Positions 39,571 through 50,944 of a stretch of DNA of 64,000 nt are shown here, piece by piece. The DNA lies in assembly GCF_006345805.1 (NCBI RefSeq), contig NW_021833073.1, forward strand, positions 20,356-84,355, given 5' to 3'. The DNA is from Octopus sinensis. Taxonomy: Eukaryota. A program made the position numbers and the translations under genes. Position 1 is the first letter of the stretch; each line of letters begins with the position of its first letter. Under the pieces are notes generated by a model that did no database searches, was not told where the DNA came from, and worked only from the letters and a program-made list of their open reading frames with translations.

Positions 39571-42055
39571 ATGGAATTTACAGGTAAGATAGAACCGCTG
39601 TTTTGGGATTCATCTTTGAAAGATATTCCTATTCCTTCTAGAAAGGAATTTATTTTGAAACTTGTTAATAATGTTAAAGATTTTATTTCTAGAATTAAAT
39701 GGAAAGCTTTTTACTATAATTTTTATTTATTTAATGATAATGATAGTAGGAATGATAATTTTACCTCTAAATTTAAATCTAGAAAGGAACCTCCATTTAA
39801 TAAAGAATTACAATTACTAGAAGATAGTATATGGAAGGTGGTAAAAAATATTGAATTCCATAAATACCCAATAGAAATAATGAATATTTAAGGAATTTAG
39901 CATTAAAATTAAAGATATGAGAAATATGGATGGTATTATAGTACAATCTGATAAAACTAGGAATCAATATAATTAGATGTTAAATTATATGATAAAAACT
40001 ATTAGGGAAAGAAATAATTAAAAAATATAAAATTGTTCCAGATGATATTCTTTATAATATTAATAAGGCCTCTAAATTAGTAATGTTAAAATATGAGTTG
40101 GATAATAAAACTGAACCTTATGTACCTTTGCACCCCAGAATTACTCTTAAAGACTATAAAGATAATTTTTATTCAGACCCTAAAGTTAGATTAATTTGCC
40201 CATGTAAATCTGACCTAGGTAATTAAGTAAATTTATTTTAGATAAATATATCAATAAGTTAAATAAACTTAATTATTAAAATTATGGTTTAGTAATAACA
40301 ATACATTGAAATGGTTTAATAATATTAAAGATAAAAATCGTTATAAACTTATTCAAATAGATATAGATAATTATTATTCTTCTATTAATGAAATTGTGTT
40401 TAATAAAGCGCTTATTTTCGCAATGAATAAAGTGGGTATGTCACTTGAAGAAGTTAATGTAATTAAAATGGCTAGGAAATCGCTCATTAAATATAAAAAT
40501 AAATTATGGGCTAGGAATGATACCAGAGATTGTTTTGATATACCTATGGGAGCACCAGATTCTGCACAAGCTACTGATTTAGTAGGTATTTTTCTTTTAT
40601 CTGAACTCCAATTAGAAAATCTTAAGATAGAGGGTGGCTTATATAGAGACGATCTTCTACTACTTACAAAGAATTGTACTAATAGGAATCTAGAAGTATA
40701 TAAGCAAAAACTATATAGTTTCTTTAAAAGATATGGTTTAAGTATTACTATATATAAGGAGAATTATAATGTTAATTATTAGATGTTAATTTTAATCTAA
40801 TTACTTAAGGTAAAACACAACCATATCATAAACTTAATGAGAACCTTAGATATATAAATGTTAATAGTAATCACCCATTTTCTATTAAAAAATCGTTGAT
40901 TAATAATATAAGTAAACGTATTTCATTACTCTCTTATGATATAGAGATTTTTATAAACATGCTAATTATTATAATGAGGCCCTTAGAGGGGCAGGTTATA
41001 ATAGGGATATTAAATTTTATAATATTAGTGATAAAGATTTAAAAGATAATTTTCGAGATACTTATAATAATAATTATAATTTTGTTAGTTTTAGTGGTAA
41101 AAATAATAGATATTATAAATATAATAATAATAATAAAAATGATAAAAATAAAAAAGAATAAAAATAATAATAATATAATACAAATAAGAATAATAAAAAT
41201 AAAAATAATTTAATAATATTATAATAATTATATTGATAAAATTAATAATATTAATAATTCCTTAAATGCTGTACATAGATATAATTCTGATAATAATTTT
41301 AATAAAATAAAGAATTATAAATATATTTATAATAATGACAATAATAATAAGGTTAATAAGAATAAAATTTGGTTAATAGTTCCTTATGGAGATCAAGTAA
41401 AAACGAATATTATCAAAGAGATTTTAGATGTTATAGAACTATTTATTAGAGATAATCGTAAATATAGAAACATTTTCTCTAGTAATAATTTTGGAGTAGG
41501 TTATTCCACCACTAATAATGTAGGTAACATTATTTCTTCATTTAATAAATTTAAACTGAATAATTTTTATAAAAAGAAATTATTTGATAATAATAATAAT
41601 AATGATAAGACTTATATTAATTGTACTTGTAGGGATAAGTCTAATTGTATATTAAATAATAATTGTGATATTAACGATTTAGTGTATAAATGTATGTTAC
41701 ATTACATGATAATAACTTTAAGAATAATAATTACCCAAAAGCGGTTTATATAGGGTCTCTACTCCTCAAAATAAAATTAAGAATCGCACAACGTATGAAT
41801 TCTTTTAAAAATAAAAACTTAATCAACTCAACTGGACTTAGTAAGTACATTTGGAGACTTAAATCACAAAATATTAATTATAGTTTAATTTGGGAATAAT
41901 TTGTAAAACTAAATCATATACTATAGGAGCTAATTGTTGTTATTTATGCTCTAATGAGTTTAAAGAAATTTTATTTTATAAGTATGATAATTTACTTAAT
42001 ACAGGTGAAGAGCGCAAAATAAAATGCAGACATAGGTTACTTTACTATATATAAT
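39571..42055 (+). pseudogene. Naiad-like RT + GIY-YIG ORF with frameshifts and an Asn-rich linker
   Basis: ORF pieces 39571-39891, 40306-40782 and 41690-41899, plus manual translation. Confidence 0.85.
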
Positions 42056-44865
42056 AAGTTCATGATAAATAACAATAATAGTTCCCTATTAAACGTTACT
42101 TTAGTTTAATATAAATTTAGTTTTAGTATTATATATATTTAGTTATGTAGTCTAGGCTTTAATTATAGTTAGTCTTTAATTGATATTTCTTTGTTTTAAT
42201 TAGTTCATTTTTAATGTATATTATATATAACAATTTATGGTACGTTAAAACTTTAATAATTTTATATAGATTTATTTTATTTTCTTTACTTATTTATTTT
42301 ATTTTTTTTATTATGTATTTTTATTATGTATATGTTATATGTATATTTGAGGATATATTCTTATGTATGATTGGGTGTATTTAGTGGTGTATATATTGAG
42401 TTTTGTATGTATGTGTGAATGTTTACGATCCCTTTGTATTTTATTTGGTATGTTGAATTGACAGTTTTTATTGGGTATTGTCTGTTATAATACACGCTTA
42501 TATAGATATTTGGGAGATTTGTCCGTGAATATGTAGGTATGGGTGTGTATACATGTGTGCGTGTGTACAAGTGCAAGTGTAGATGCGGGAGTGTATGAGT
42601 GCTATGTAATTGAGTGGGATTATTTATGCACTTGTATACATGAATTTTTGAATGTGCGTGTGTTTGCACCCGTCTGCGTGTACACACTCATATATAAATA
42701 TAAATATATTAATATTTATTTACTTTTTTGAAAGATTGTTTCTTATATATATGTGTATGTGATGTTATGTGTGAATGTATATATATATATATATATATAT
42801 ATTTTATATATATATGTTTATGTTTGTATATGTATTTATTTAATAATTTATTGAGTGTGGGAATGAATATATTGGTGTATATATCGAGGTTTGTACGTTT
42901 GTATATGTTTGTGAGAGTGTGTATATGGTTATGTTTGTGGGTGTGTGTATATATGTGTGTGTATTTGTGTGTATTGTTTTTGGTAAGGGGTTTTTATTTT
43001 ATGTATGGATTTCATTTATCATGATTATTTTATTTAGAATTTTTAGTTTTTTAGTCCCCATGCATTATGGCTTGGTTTGTTCTCATGGTAGTTTTTTTAT
43101 TGGGTATTGTCTTGTAGCCATTTATACGTATATTTGGATGTCTAGGAGAGTGTCCGTGAATATGTATGTTGCATGGGTGTGTGTGAATGTGTGCGCGTGT
43201 ATAAGTGCATGTGTAGATGTGGGAGTGCATGGTGCTAGTAAAAGTGTGTGCTTGTGTATGCACTTGTATACATGCATGATTGATGTGCGTGAGATTGCAC
43301 CCATTTTTAAGGATGTTATGTTTTATTTATCTGTATGGGTGGTGGGAGTGAATTTTGGTGTATATATCGAGGTTTATACGTATGTATATGTATGTGTGAG
43401 TGAGGTGGGTATTGTATATGTCGTGGGTTGTGTGGTTTACGTGTTGTGATTTGTGTGTGAATGTATAGGTTAGGGGGATTGCTATATAGGTATGTTATAG
43501 AGTTTAGTAAAGGGAGGTTTTATCATTATATGTATTTATGAGCTTTAGTTTATCATGGTAGTTTTATTAAAGAATTTGTAATAATTTATGTCTATTTATG
43601 ATGTTTGTTATTTTATTACATTATTCCATTCATAATTTTTAAGTAATGTTCGTTTAGCACGTGAATATAATTTTTAATTCCATTTATTCCATTCATAATT
43701 TTAAATGACGTTCGTTTCCAGAGCGCGAATACTTTTTATACATATGTTAGGTTCCTATGGTAACGTAATTTTGTTTGACGTTTTTAACGGCTAGAGTTAA
43801 TTTCACTTCATAAATTGAAACTGATTTGAAAGTATGTATATTTTTTCTCCTTATGTTAATCTTGTTACTTAGGATATTCTGGTTACTTATGAAGTTATTT
43901 TATATATCGTATTATGTGTAGTAATGTTGTTTTTTTCTTTTGAGTGTTTATGTATGTGTGAATGTGTGTGGTGTGTGCGTATTTTAGTTGTGTAACTTAT
44001 TTATCTGTATGAGTGTGGGTGTGAACATATTGTTGTATATATCGAGCTTAGTACGTATGTATTGTATATGTGAGGGGGTATACGTATATGTTGTGTGTGT
44101 GTGTTTTACGTATGTATATTGTGTGTGATTGTATATATGGAGATTGCTATATAGGCATAATTGTGTATGGTAAAGGGAGTTTTATCATTATATGTATATG
44201 GGTTTCATTATCATGATGGTTTATTAATGATTTGTAGTAAATTCTGTATATAAGTTGATTATATATTATTCCATTCATAATTTTTAAAAAAAAACGTTCG
44301 ATCACCAAGTGCAAAGAATTGTTTATTTTTCTTTTGAGTGTTTATGTATGTGTGAATGTGTGTGTGTGATTGTTTGCGTAATTTATTTATCTGTATAGAT
44401 GTGGGTGTGAATATATTGGTGTATATACCGAGTTCTGTATGTTTGTATATGTATGGTGTGAGCGGGTATACGTAATATTTTTTATGAATGTGGGTTGTGT
44501 GTGTGTGTGAGGGAGTATGAATAAGTATTGTGTTTGAAGTTTTTGCTATTTTATTTATTTACGTTGCCTAGACGTTTTTTATGTATATGTATAGGGATAT
44601 ATATATAGGTGTGTGAGTTAGTGTATGTATTTAGATATGGTTATATATACTTAGTTATATGTGTATGGGTGTATATATAGTTTATTTTTATTTTGTTTTA
44701 TATTTAATTGTTGATGGTTTATTTTAGTTTATATATTGATTATATATGGATTATATATAGGTTATATATAGATTATATATTATAATTTTTTCATTGATAC
44801 TTTAATTATTTTAAAATTATTTTTTATACTTATATTTTAAAATATTGATATTTTAGATCGGAAAT

Positions 44866-44908
44866 CCACCTGAAGATTGTCGTTCAAGACATGAAACAAT
44901 TGTAGTGG
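44866..44908 (+). ncRNA. Minimal hammerhead motif in the 3' pLTR, palindromic stem III ACAATTGT
   Basis: ccac-CTGAAGA-ttgtcgttcaagacat-GAAAC-aatt-GTA-gtgg. Confidence 0.75.
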
Positions 44909-45136
44909 CGGTTTTTTTACTTTTTATTAAAATTTTATGTATTGATTAAGTCTTTCCTTGTTTGTTTTGCAAAATAGTGGTTTTGTCTCTAATTAATATT
45001 ATATAATATTTTACTATAAAATTGGATTTAATCCTAAATCTGATCTTTTCCCTGTAAATTTGGATTTATTCCCTAATATTTATTATATATATTATATATA
45101 TATACATATATATATATATATTATATATATAATATA

Positions 45137-45182
<46 letters not shown>

Positions 45183-45480
45183 ATGTATATGTATATATAT
45201 ATATGCTTGCTCATTTATTTATGCAGACTAGGAAACTCCCTTTTAATTATGAAGTTAACTTCTACGCAGTAGCTTTTTAATGTAAGGAATTTGATATTAC
45301 AACTCCTGAACCAGAAGCCGCATTGAATATAGCTGTGTCACGAATAAAACCATGCATGCAAGCATACATACATACATACATACATACATACATACATACA
45401 TACATACATACATACATACATACCTACATACATACATACATACATACATACATACATACATACATACATAAATACATACA

Positions 45481-46134
45481 TGCAACAGCATGTCATGTTT
45501 CCGTGGAAGACATAACGCATGTGATTAGCAGCTGTCCTAAAATGTCGTCACGGTACCACCTCTCTATTTAGTACGATGTTGTTGTTAAAACAGTTTACAA
45601 TACTATCCACAAAATGGACTGTCCTGAAATAAACTTAGAAAATCTTTCTGTTATGGAATGCATCCATAAACACCTCCCATTAAGGCTTCTGTTAGATGTA
45701 ACAGGCTGGATACTGCTGTTTGGAACAGATGGGCAAAAGTATGTACCATCATAGAGGCCAGCTGCCCTACAGATACAAAAATCTCTTTGAAAATCAAAGA
45801 AAAAGAGGATATCTGTGGACAACTGCTTCGAAGCCTCCAGCTTCTATATCCAGAGTATGAATTCTTATTCACACCAATAATAATTGCAGGACTAGGTTTT
45901 GTTAGTAAATGCTTAAAGAGAATCTGGATAAACTGAGATTTTCAGAAAGAGAAATCGACCGGTTAATTCGTACATTACGAGTGTAATCTGTGAGTGGAAG
46001 AGTCAAAATATGCAAGACTTTTCTCGGGTTCGAAATGTGAATTTGTCTGTGTTAACTACATGCCAATGATGAAACCTTGTATTTTGGTGGAGACCGACAA
46101 TGGAAGAGTTATAATAATCAAAAAATAGAGGAGA
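45481..46134 (+). mobile_element. 3' fragment of a second RLE LINE family, embedded in (CATA)n
   Basis: CHVSVEDITHVISSCPKMSSRY (zinc knuckle remnant); IIEASCP...KEKEDICGQLLRSLQLLYPEYEFLFTPIIIAGLG. (CATA)n at 45362-45480 and 46134-46434. Confidence 0.75.
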
Positions 46135-46168
46135 CATACATACATACATACATACATACTTACAAACA

Positions 46169-46200
<32 letters not shown>

Positions 46201-46248
46201 GACACAAACATAGATATATACATACATACAAACCACACACGCACATAC

Positions 46249-46281
<33 letters not shown>

Positions 46282-46682
46282 CATTCACACATATACACAC
46301 ACGCAAACATACATACATACATACATACATACATACATACATACATACATACATACATACATACATGCATGCATGCATACATACATACATACATACAATC
46401 ATACATACATACATATATACATCCATACATACATGAGAGATTAAAATGACAAAGGAAAAGAAATTATGCCTTGGACCACAATAGTTTAAAGCTTTGTGTT
46501 TGAAGGTCTGATGAAGCTATAGGATGATACACAAGTATTCAGCTAAGAGTGCATTACATTTTATAGACAACTGTATGATCCTGAAGTTCATCATATATTC
46601 TTTCCTTTGTCATTTTATTTGGTTATACCTCTCTATTCGATCGACGATTCCTCCTGAACATATATATATATATGTATATATA

Positions 46683-46714
<32 letters not shown>

Positions 46715-46796
46715 TGAGATTTAACAGAAGGTTATTTGTATCGCTTCGCTTTAGCGAAATAATAAATATATGTGTGTGTATGTATGGATTCTTTTA

Positions 46797-46883
46797 CTTC
46801 CGACATATGCTTCGAAGACAATATTGGTATTTTCCAAATGGAATAAAATGGTGTAAAACAATGTAATCTTCTCATCAGGGAAA
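46797..46883 (-). ncRNA. Minimal hammerhead motif, 58-nt stem II, GAAG core variant
   Basis: Minus strand: tttcc-CTGATGA-gaaga...tcttc-GAAGC-atat-GTC-ggaag. Confidence 0.65.
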
Positions 46884-47210
46884 GAAAGAAAGAAAGAAAC
46901 CAAACTCATCAATAAGACATTTTAACAGAATGTGATGGATGTGAACTATGATGAACGGAACGCTATTAAGTATATTTAAAAAAAACCTTTACAAGATATA
47001 ACATCAAAGGTAACCTATAGAAAGAAAAGAGGTAAAGGAAAGAAATAAGCAGAAAGATACAGGAACTTTTAAATAAAGAAAATTCATTCATCGAAAAATA
47101 CAGAACAGGTCTAAATATGCACGCATAACCAACTTTGTTCTCTATACATATTTCAATTCACGGTCACGTACACATCACTGTACATATTTCTTTCCACTAC
47201 TCAAGTAATA

Positions 47211-47640
47211 AAATGTGGAAGACCCAATTGCGGGATATGCGATTATCTAATTGAGGGATCAGAGTTCTCCTTCAACAGGGACAACGGTTTACAGTGAAAA
47301 GCAACTTCACATGTGCTTCGGAGAACCTAATATACTCACTATCCTGCTCCGGGTGTCAAGAGCAGTACATAGGCCAAACAAAATAGTTTGCGTAAAAGAA
47401 TGGCCCTGCACAGATCCCAGAAAAAATTCCCCAAAACAGAAAAATAGCTTTCAGCCAACACATAGATACTTGCGCCAACAACAAAACACCAGGCTTCAGG
47501 ATTTTCCCCCTCTACCAGTTTAGGGACGATACACCTCGAGACAACGAATAGTAAAGAAACTCTCTTTATTAAAAAATACAGGCCACTTCTTAACGGGTCT
47601 ACGACAAACGATTAATATACCTCAACTTTAGAATAAAGAA
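47211..47640 (+). mobile_element. Penelope-like (Neptune-like) GIY-YIG endonuclease relic
   Basis: KCGRPNCGICDYLIEG; ENLIYSLSCSGCQEQYIGQT. Confidence 0.8.
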
Positions 47641-47759
47641 ATACACACACAAATATTACATTCCAAAGAATCCATTACAAATCAGCCCCAATCACAGCTA
47701 TAATCCATACGTGCCAACTTCAAGTCATACAACACCTCACTACTTTCACCCATTCATAT

Positions 47760-47960
47760 TCTCCCTTCTCTTTTTTCTTCTTCTTCTTCCTCTTCTTCTT
47801 CTTCATCATCATCATTATCATCATCATCGTCGTCGTCACCATCACCATCATCATCATCATCTTCTTCTTCTCCTTCTTCTTCTTCTTCATCATCATCATC
47901 ATCATCAACATCGTCATCTTCTTCTTCTCTTCTTCTTCTTCTTCTTCTTCTTCTTCTCCA
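47760..47960. repeat. (TCT)n/(CAT)n microsatellite
   Basis: Direct reading. Confidence 0.95.
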
Positions 47961-48431
47961 CCTTCTACCTCTTAACTTTATCACTAATGCTTTTTAGTAT
48001 AACACCTACGCAAATTCCATAAACAAACCTTTCAATAGAAATATTCTCCTGAATTGAACTGCAACTGCTAGCCGCCACTGACCATTCAAAATACGACCAT
48101 CAAGGCACTCCCAAATTTTTCCACCCCCTCTCCTCATCAACCTTCTTCTTCTTCTACCCTACCAAGAATTCAGAACGGCCTCGAACACACAAGTGCAAAC
48201 AAGGGAGACAGAGAAAGGCAGAATGCCACTTATATTTGAACACTATACAAATATTCCTTTAAAAAACTTTCCTTTTAATTTTTCCAAATTTAATTATTTA
48301 ATCGTTACAGTTGAAAAGGTCTCAAAATGACCGAAACCGGTACTGAAATGTTCTTTATAAAATTATTTTAGCATTTTCTATTTTGACTTGTTTTTTCATA
48401 TATATCAACTCGTGTGTTCCTTTTCACCCTC

Positions 48432-48464
<33 letters not shown>

Positions 48465-48577
48465 AACAATAAATGAAATAGAGAGATACAATTTACAAGC
48501 CAATAATTTATTTATGGAATAATACAACATAATATACTATGAATATAAGATAAAGAATTATTTAAAAACCCCAAAAC

Positions 48578-48791
48578 CAACAATTTGTTTCGGCTTATAC
48601 GCATTCTTTGATATATAAACAATTCAATTCCGTCATATAATTCGCATCAGAGCAAGTGGTTTAAAGATAGACGAAATTCCTTTCACGCGGAATTTTGTCA
48701 ATCTTTAAACAACTGTTTCTGATGAGACTTATATAACGGAATTGATTTGTTTATATATCAAAAACTTTATATAATTCAAAACAAATTGTTG
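48578..48791. repeat. Imperfect foldback whose arms each carry a decayed hammerhead-like motif
   Basis: Arms ~48578-48677 and 48689-48791; CTGATGA-gacttata...tataa(g/t)(t/c)c-(G/A)AAAC consensus. Confidence 0.7.
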
Positions 48792-48826
48792 CCTTATTCG
48801 TTTTTTAATAATTGTTTATGTTATAT

Positions 48827-49233
48827 AGGCGCAGGAGTGGCTGTGTGGTAAGTAGCTTGTTTACCAACCATATTGTTCCGGGTTCGGTCCCACTGCGTGG
48901 TATCTTGGGCAAGTGTCTTCTACTATAGCCTCGGGCCGACCAAAACCTTGTGAGTGGATTTGGTAGACGGAAACTGAAAGAAGCCCGTCGTATAAAAGTA
49001 TATATATATATATGTGTGTGTGTTTGTGTGTCTGTGTTTGTCCCCCTTGCATTGCTTGACAACCAATGTTGGTGTGCTTTTGTCCCCGTTACTTAGCGGT
49101 TCGGCAAAAGAGACCGATAGAATAAGTACTGGGCTTACAAAAGAATAAGTCCCGGGGTCGAGTTGCTCGATTAAAGGCGGGGCTCCAGCATGGCCGCACT
49201 CAAATGAATGAAACAAGTAAAAGAGTAAAAGAG
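48827..49233 (+). mobile_element. Full-length SINE family 1
   Basis: A box tggctgtgtgg, B box ggttcggtccc, tail gtaaaagagtaaaagag. Confidence 0.9.
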
Positions 49234-49538
49234 TATATATATATATATATCCAAATACGTATGTGAAACGTGCAAAGTAGCTAGTTCTAAAATCTCTATA
49301 CCAGATATAAATAATAACAATACTAGATGGCAACATTTTAAAAACCCTATAATGTGGCTGTCGTATATAGAACTGTGTTGCTACATTTTAACTCCAGGGG
49401 AAAAGTATTTTCCAACTGGTTAAGGACATACGACCTGTGTCCGATATATTGCGAGTAAGGAGCGAATCACTCCCCTTCACCATAGCTACTGGGTCTGTAC
49501 CTGTCATCGGTATATATAAGTATTATATATATATAATA

Positions 49539-49628
<90 letters not shown>

Positions 49629-50049
49629 TATATATGTATTATATATATATGTATGTATATATATTATATGTATATATATATATATATATATGATAAATAA
49701 AATATATGCATACATACATACATATATGTACGTACCTACATCTACATGTATATATACATGCATATATAAATACATATACGTGAGTACAGGACACCACAAA
49801 TAGACGTAGAACTCAACGAGAAACGAAAACGTAAAAACAAACAAGGAAACGGAACTTTTTTTAACAACGAAAAAAACAGAGTACAAGACAAACTACACAA
49901 GGAAATTTCCCCTCCATCAGCTGCCCTAGTTCGACTCCATGCGTGTTTCGAAGGTGAGGACAGAACACGACTCGTCGAACTAGTCCTTCCTGCGAACTAG
50001 TCCTTCACAATTTACAACATATATATATATGTTGTAAATTGTGAATGAC

Positions 50050-50352
50050 AATGAGACTGCACCTTGAAAGTTACCCTCGGAGGCACAAGTCCGGGCAAGG
50101 TTGTTTATGGAAGGCCAGCAGTCACCCATGCATGCCAACCTCCCCACTCCACTGATGTTATCCATGGGAATGGCAAAGACCGATACAGCTTGGCACCAGT
50201 GATGTCACAACTCATTTCTACAGCTGGGTTTACTAGAGCAACGTGAAAAAGTGTGTTGCTCAAGAATACAACACTCAGCCCGGTCTGGGAATCGAACTCA
50301 CAACCTGACTATCGTAAGTTCGACGCCCTAACCACTGAGCCATGCGCCTTCA
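50050..50352 (-). mobile_element. tRNA-derived SINE (family 4)
   Basis: Minus-strand head gaaggcgcatggctcagtggttagggcg...gagttcgattccc. Confidence 0.75.
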
Positions 50353-50503
50353 CATATATCGATATATAAGAGTAAGATCCAGGGATGCAAGTGTAGGCAG
50401 CTTGTACGCTACAAGCAGTAGGTTGCAGTTTATGTGTGTCCTTCTACCTGTGTTTTCCCTCCTTCCGTCACCTGTTATACATCAAGGTACATAATCATCA
50501 ACA

Positions 50504-50616
<113 letters not shown>

Positions 50617-50944
50617 TATTGGAAGTGTCATCGTGTACATTGTTTTGTCTTGGTATAAAAGATGGGCTAAGGCAAATATACTGCTCAATACCACAGATTT
50701 GCTTGTCAGTTGTTTGACCTTAACCAGTTGAGCATGTCCCTTAGTGGCTGACAATATGTGCATCTCTGATCACGAGCAGAAGTAGTGGGGGAGCATCATA
50801 GCCATGTGTTGAGAGGGATTCTTTTGGGTTTGAATAATTCACCTCTGGAAACATGGGTGGTTTTTTCAACATTCTTAAACAACCCTTATTCAGGGACCGT
50901 TTGAGCGAGATGGGCTACTCAACCTGAAGAAAATGATAATAATA

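Larger units (their letters stand above)
38726..45086 (+). mobile_element. Full-length Naiad-like Penelope element (~6.36 kb) with ~790 bp direct pLTRs (38726-39516, 44293-45086) and an inverted pLTR piece at 38565-38722
   Basis: N-terminus SLKDIPIPS..IKWKAF; RLICPCKSDLG; RT DIDNYY, PMGAPDS, LYRDD; endonuclease CTCRDKSNC..LVYKC..YIGS and CYLC..E..LLN..CRH. Confidence 0.9.

Noticed and set aside
31170-42055. Selenocysteine (in-frame TGA) recoding, as reported for some Naiad elements
   Set aside because: The conserved endonuclease cysteines I translated in both elements are TGT/TGC; no TGA at Cys positions and no SECIS recognised.
46495-46530. ggtCTGATGAagct
   Set aside because: No correctly placed GAAA or paired helices.
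49905-49955. Minus-strand GAAAC...CTGATG with a possible stem II
   Set aside because: A9 is missing and no stem I forms.
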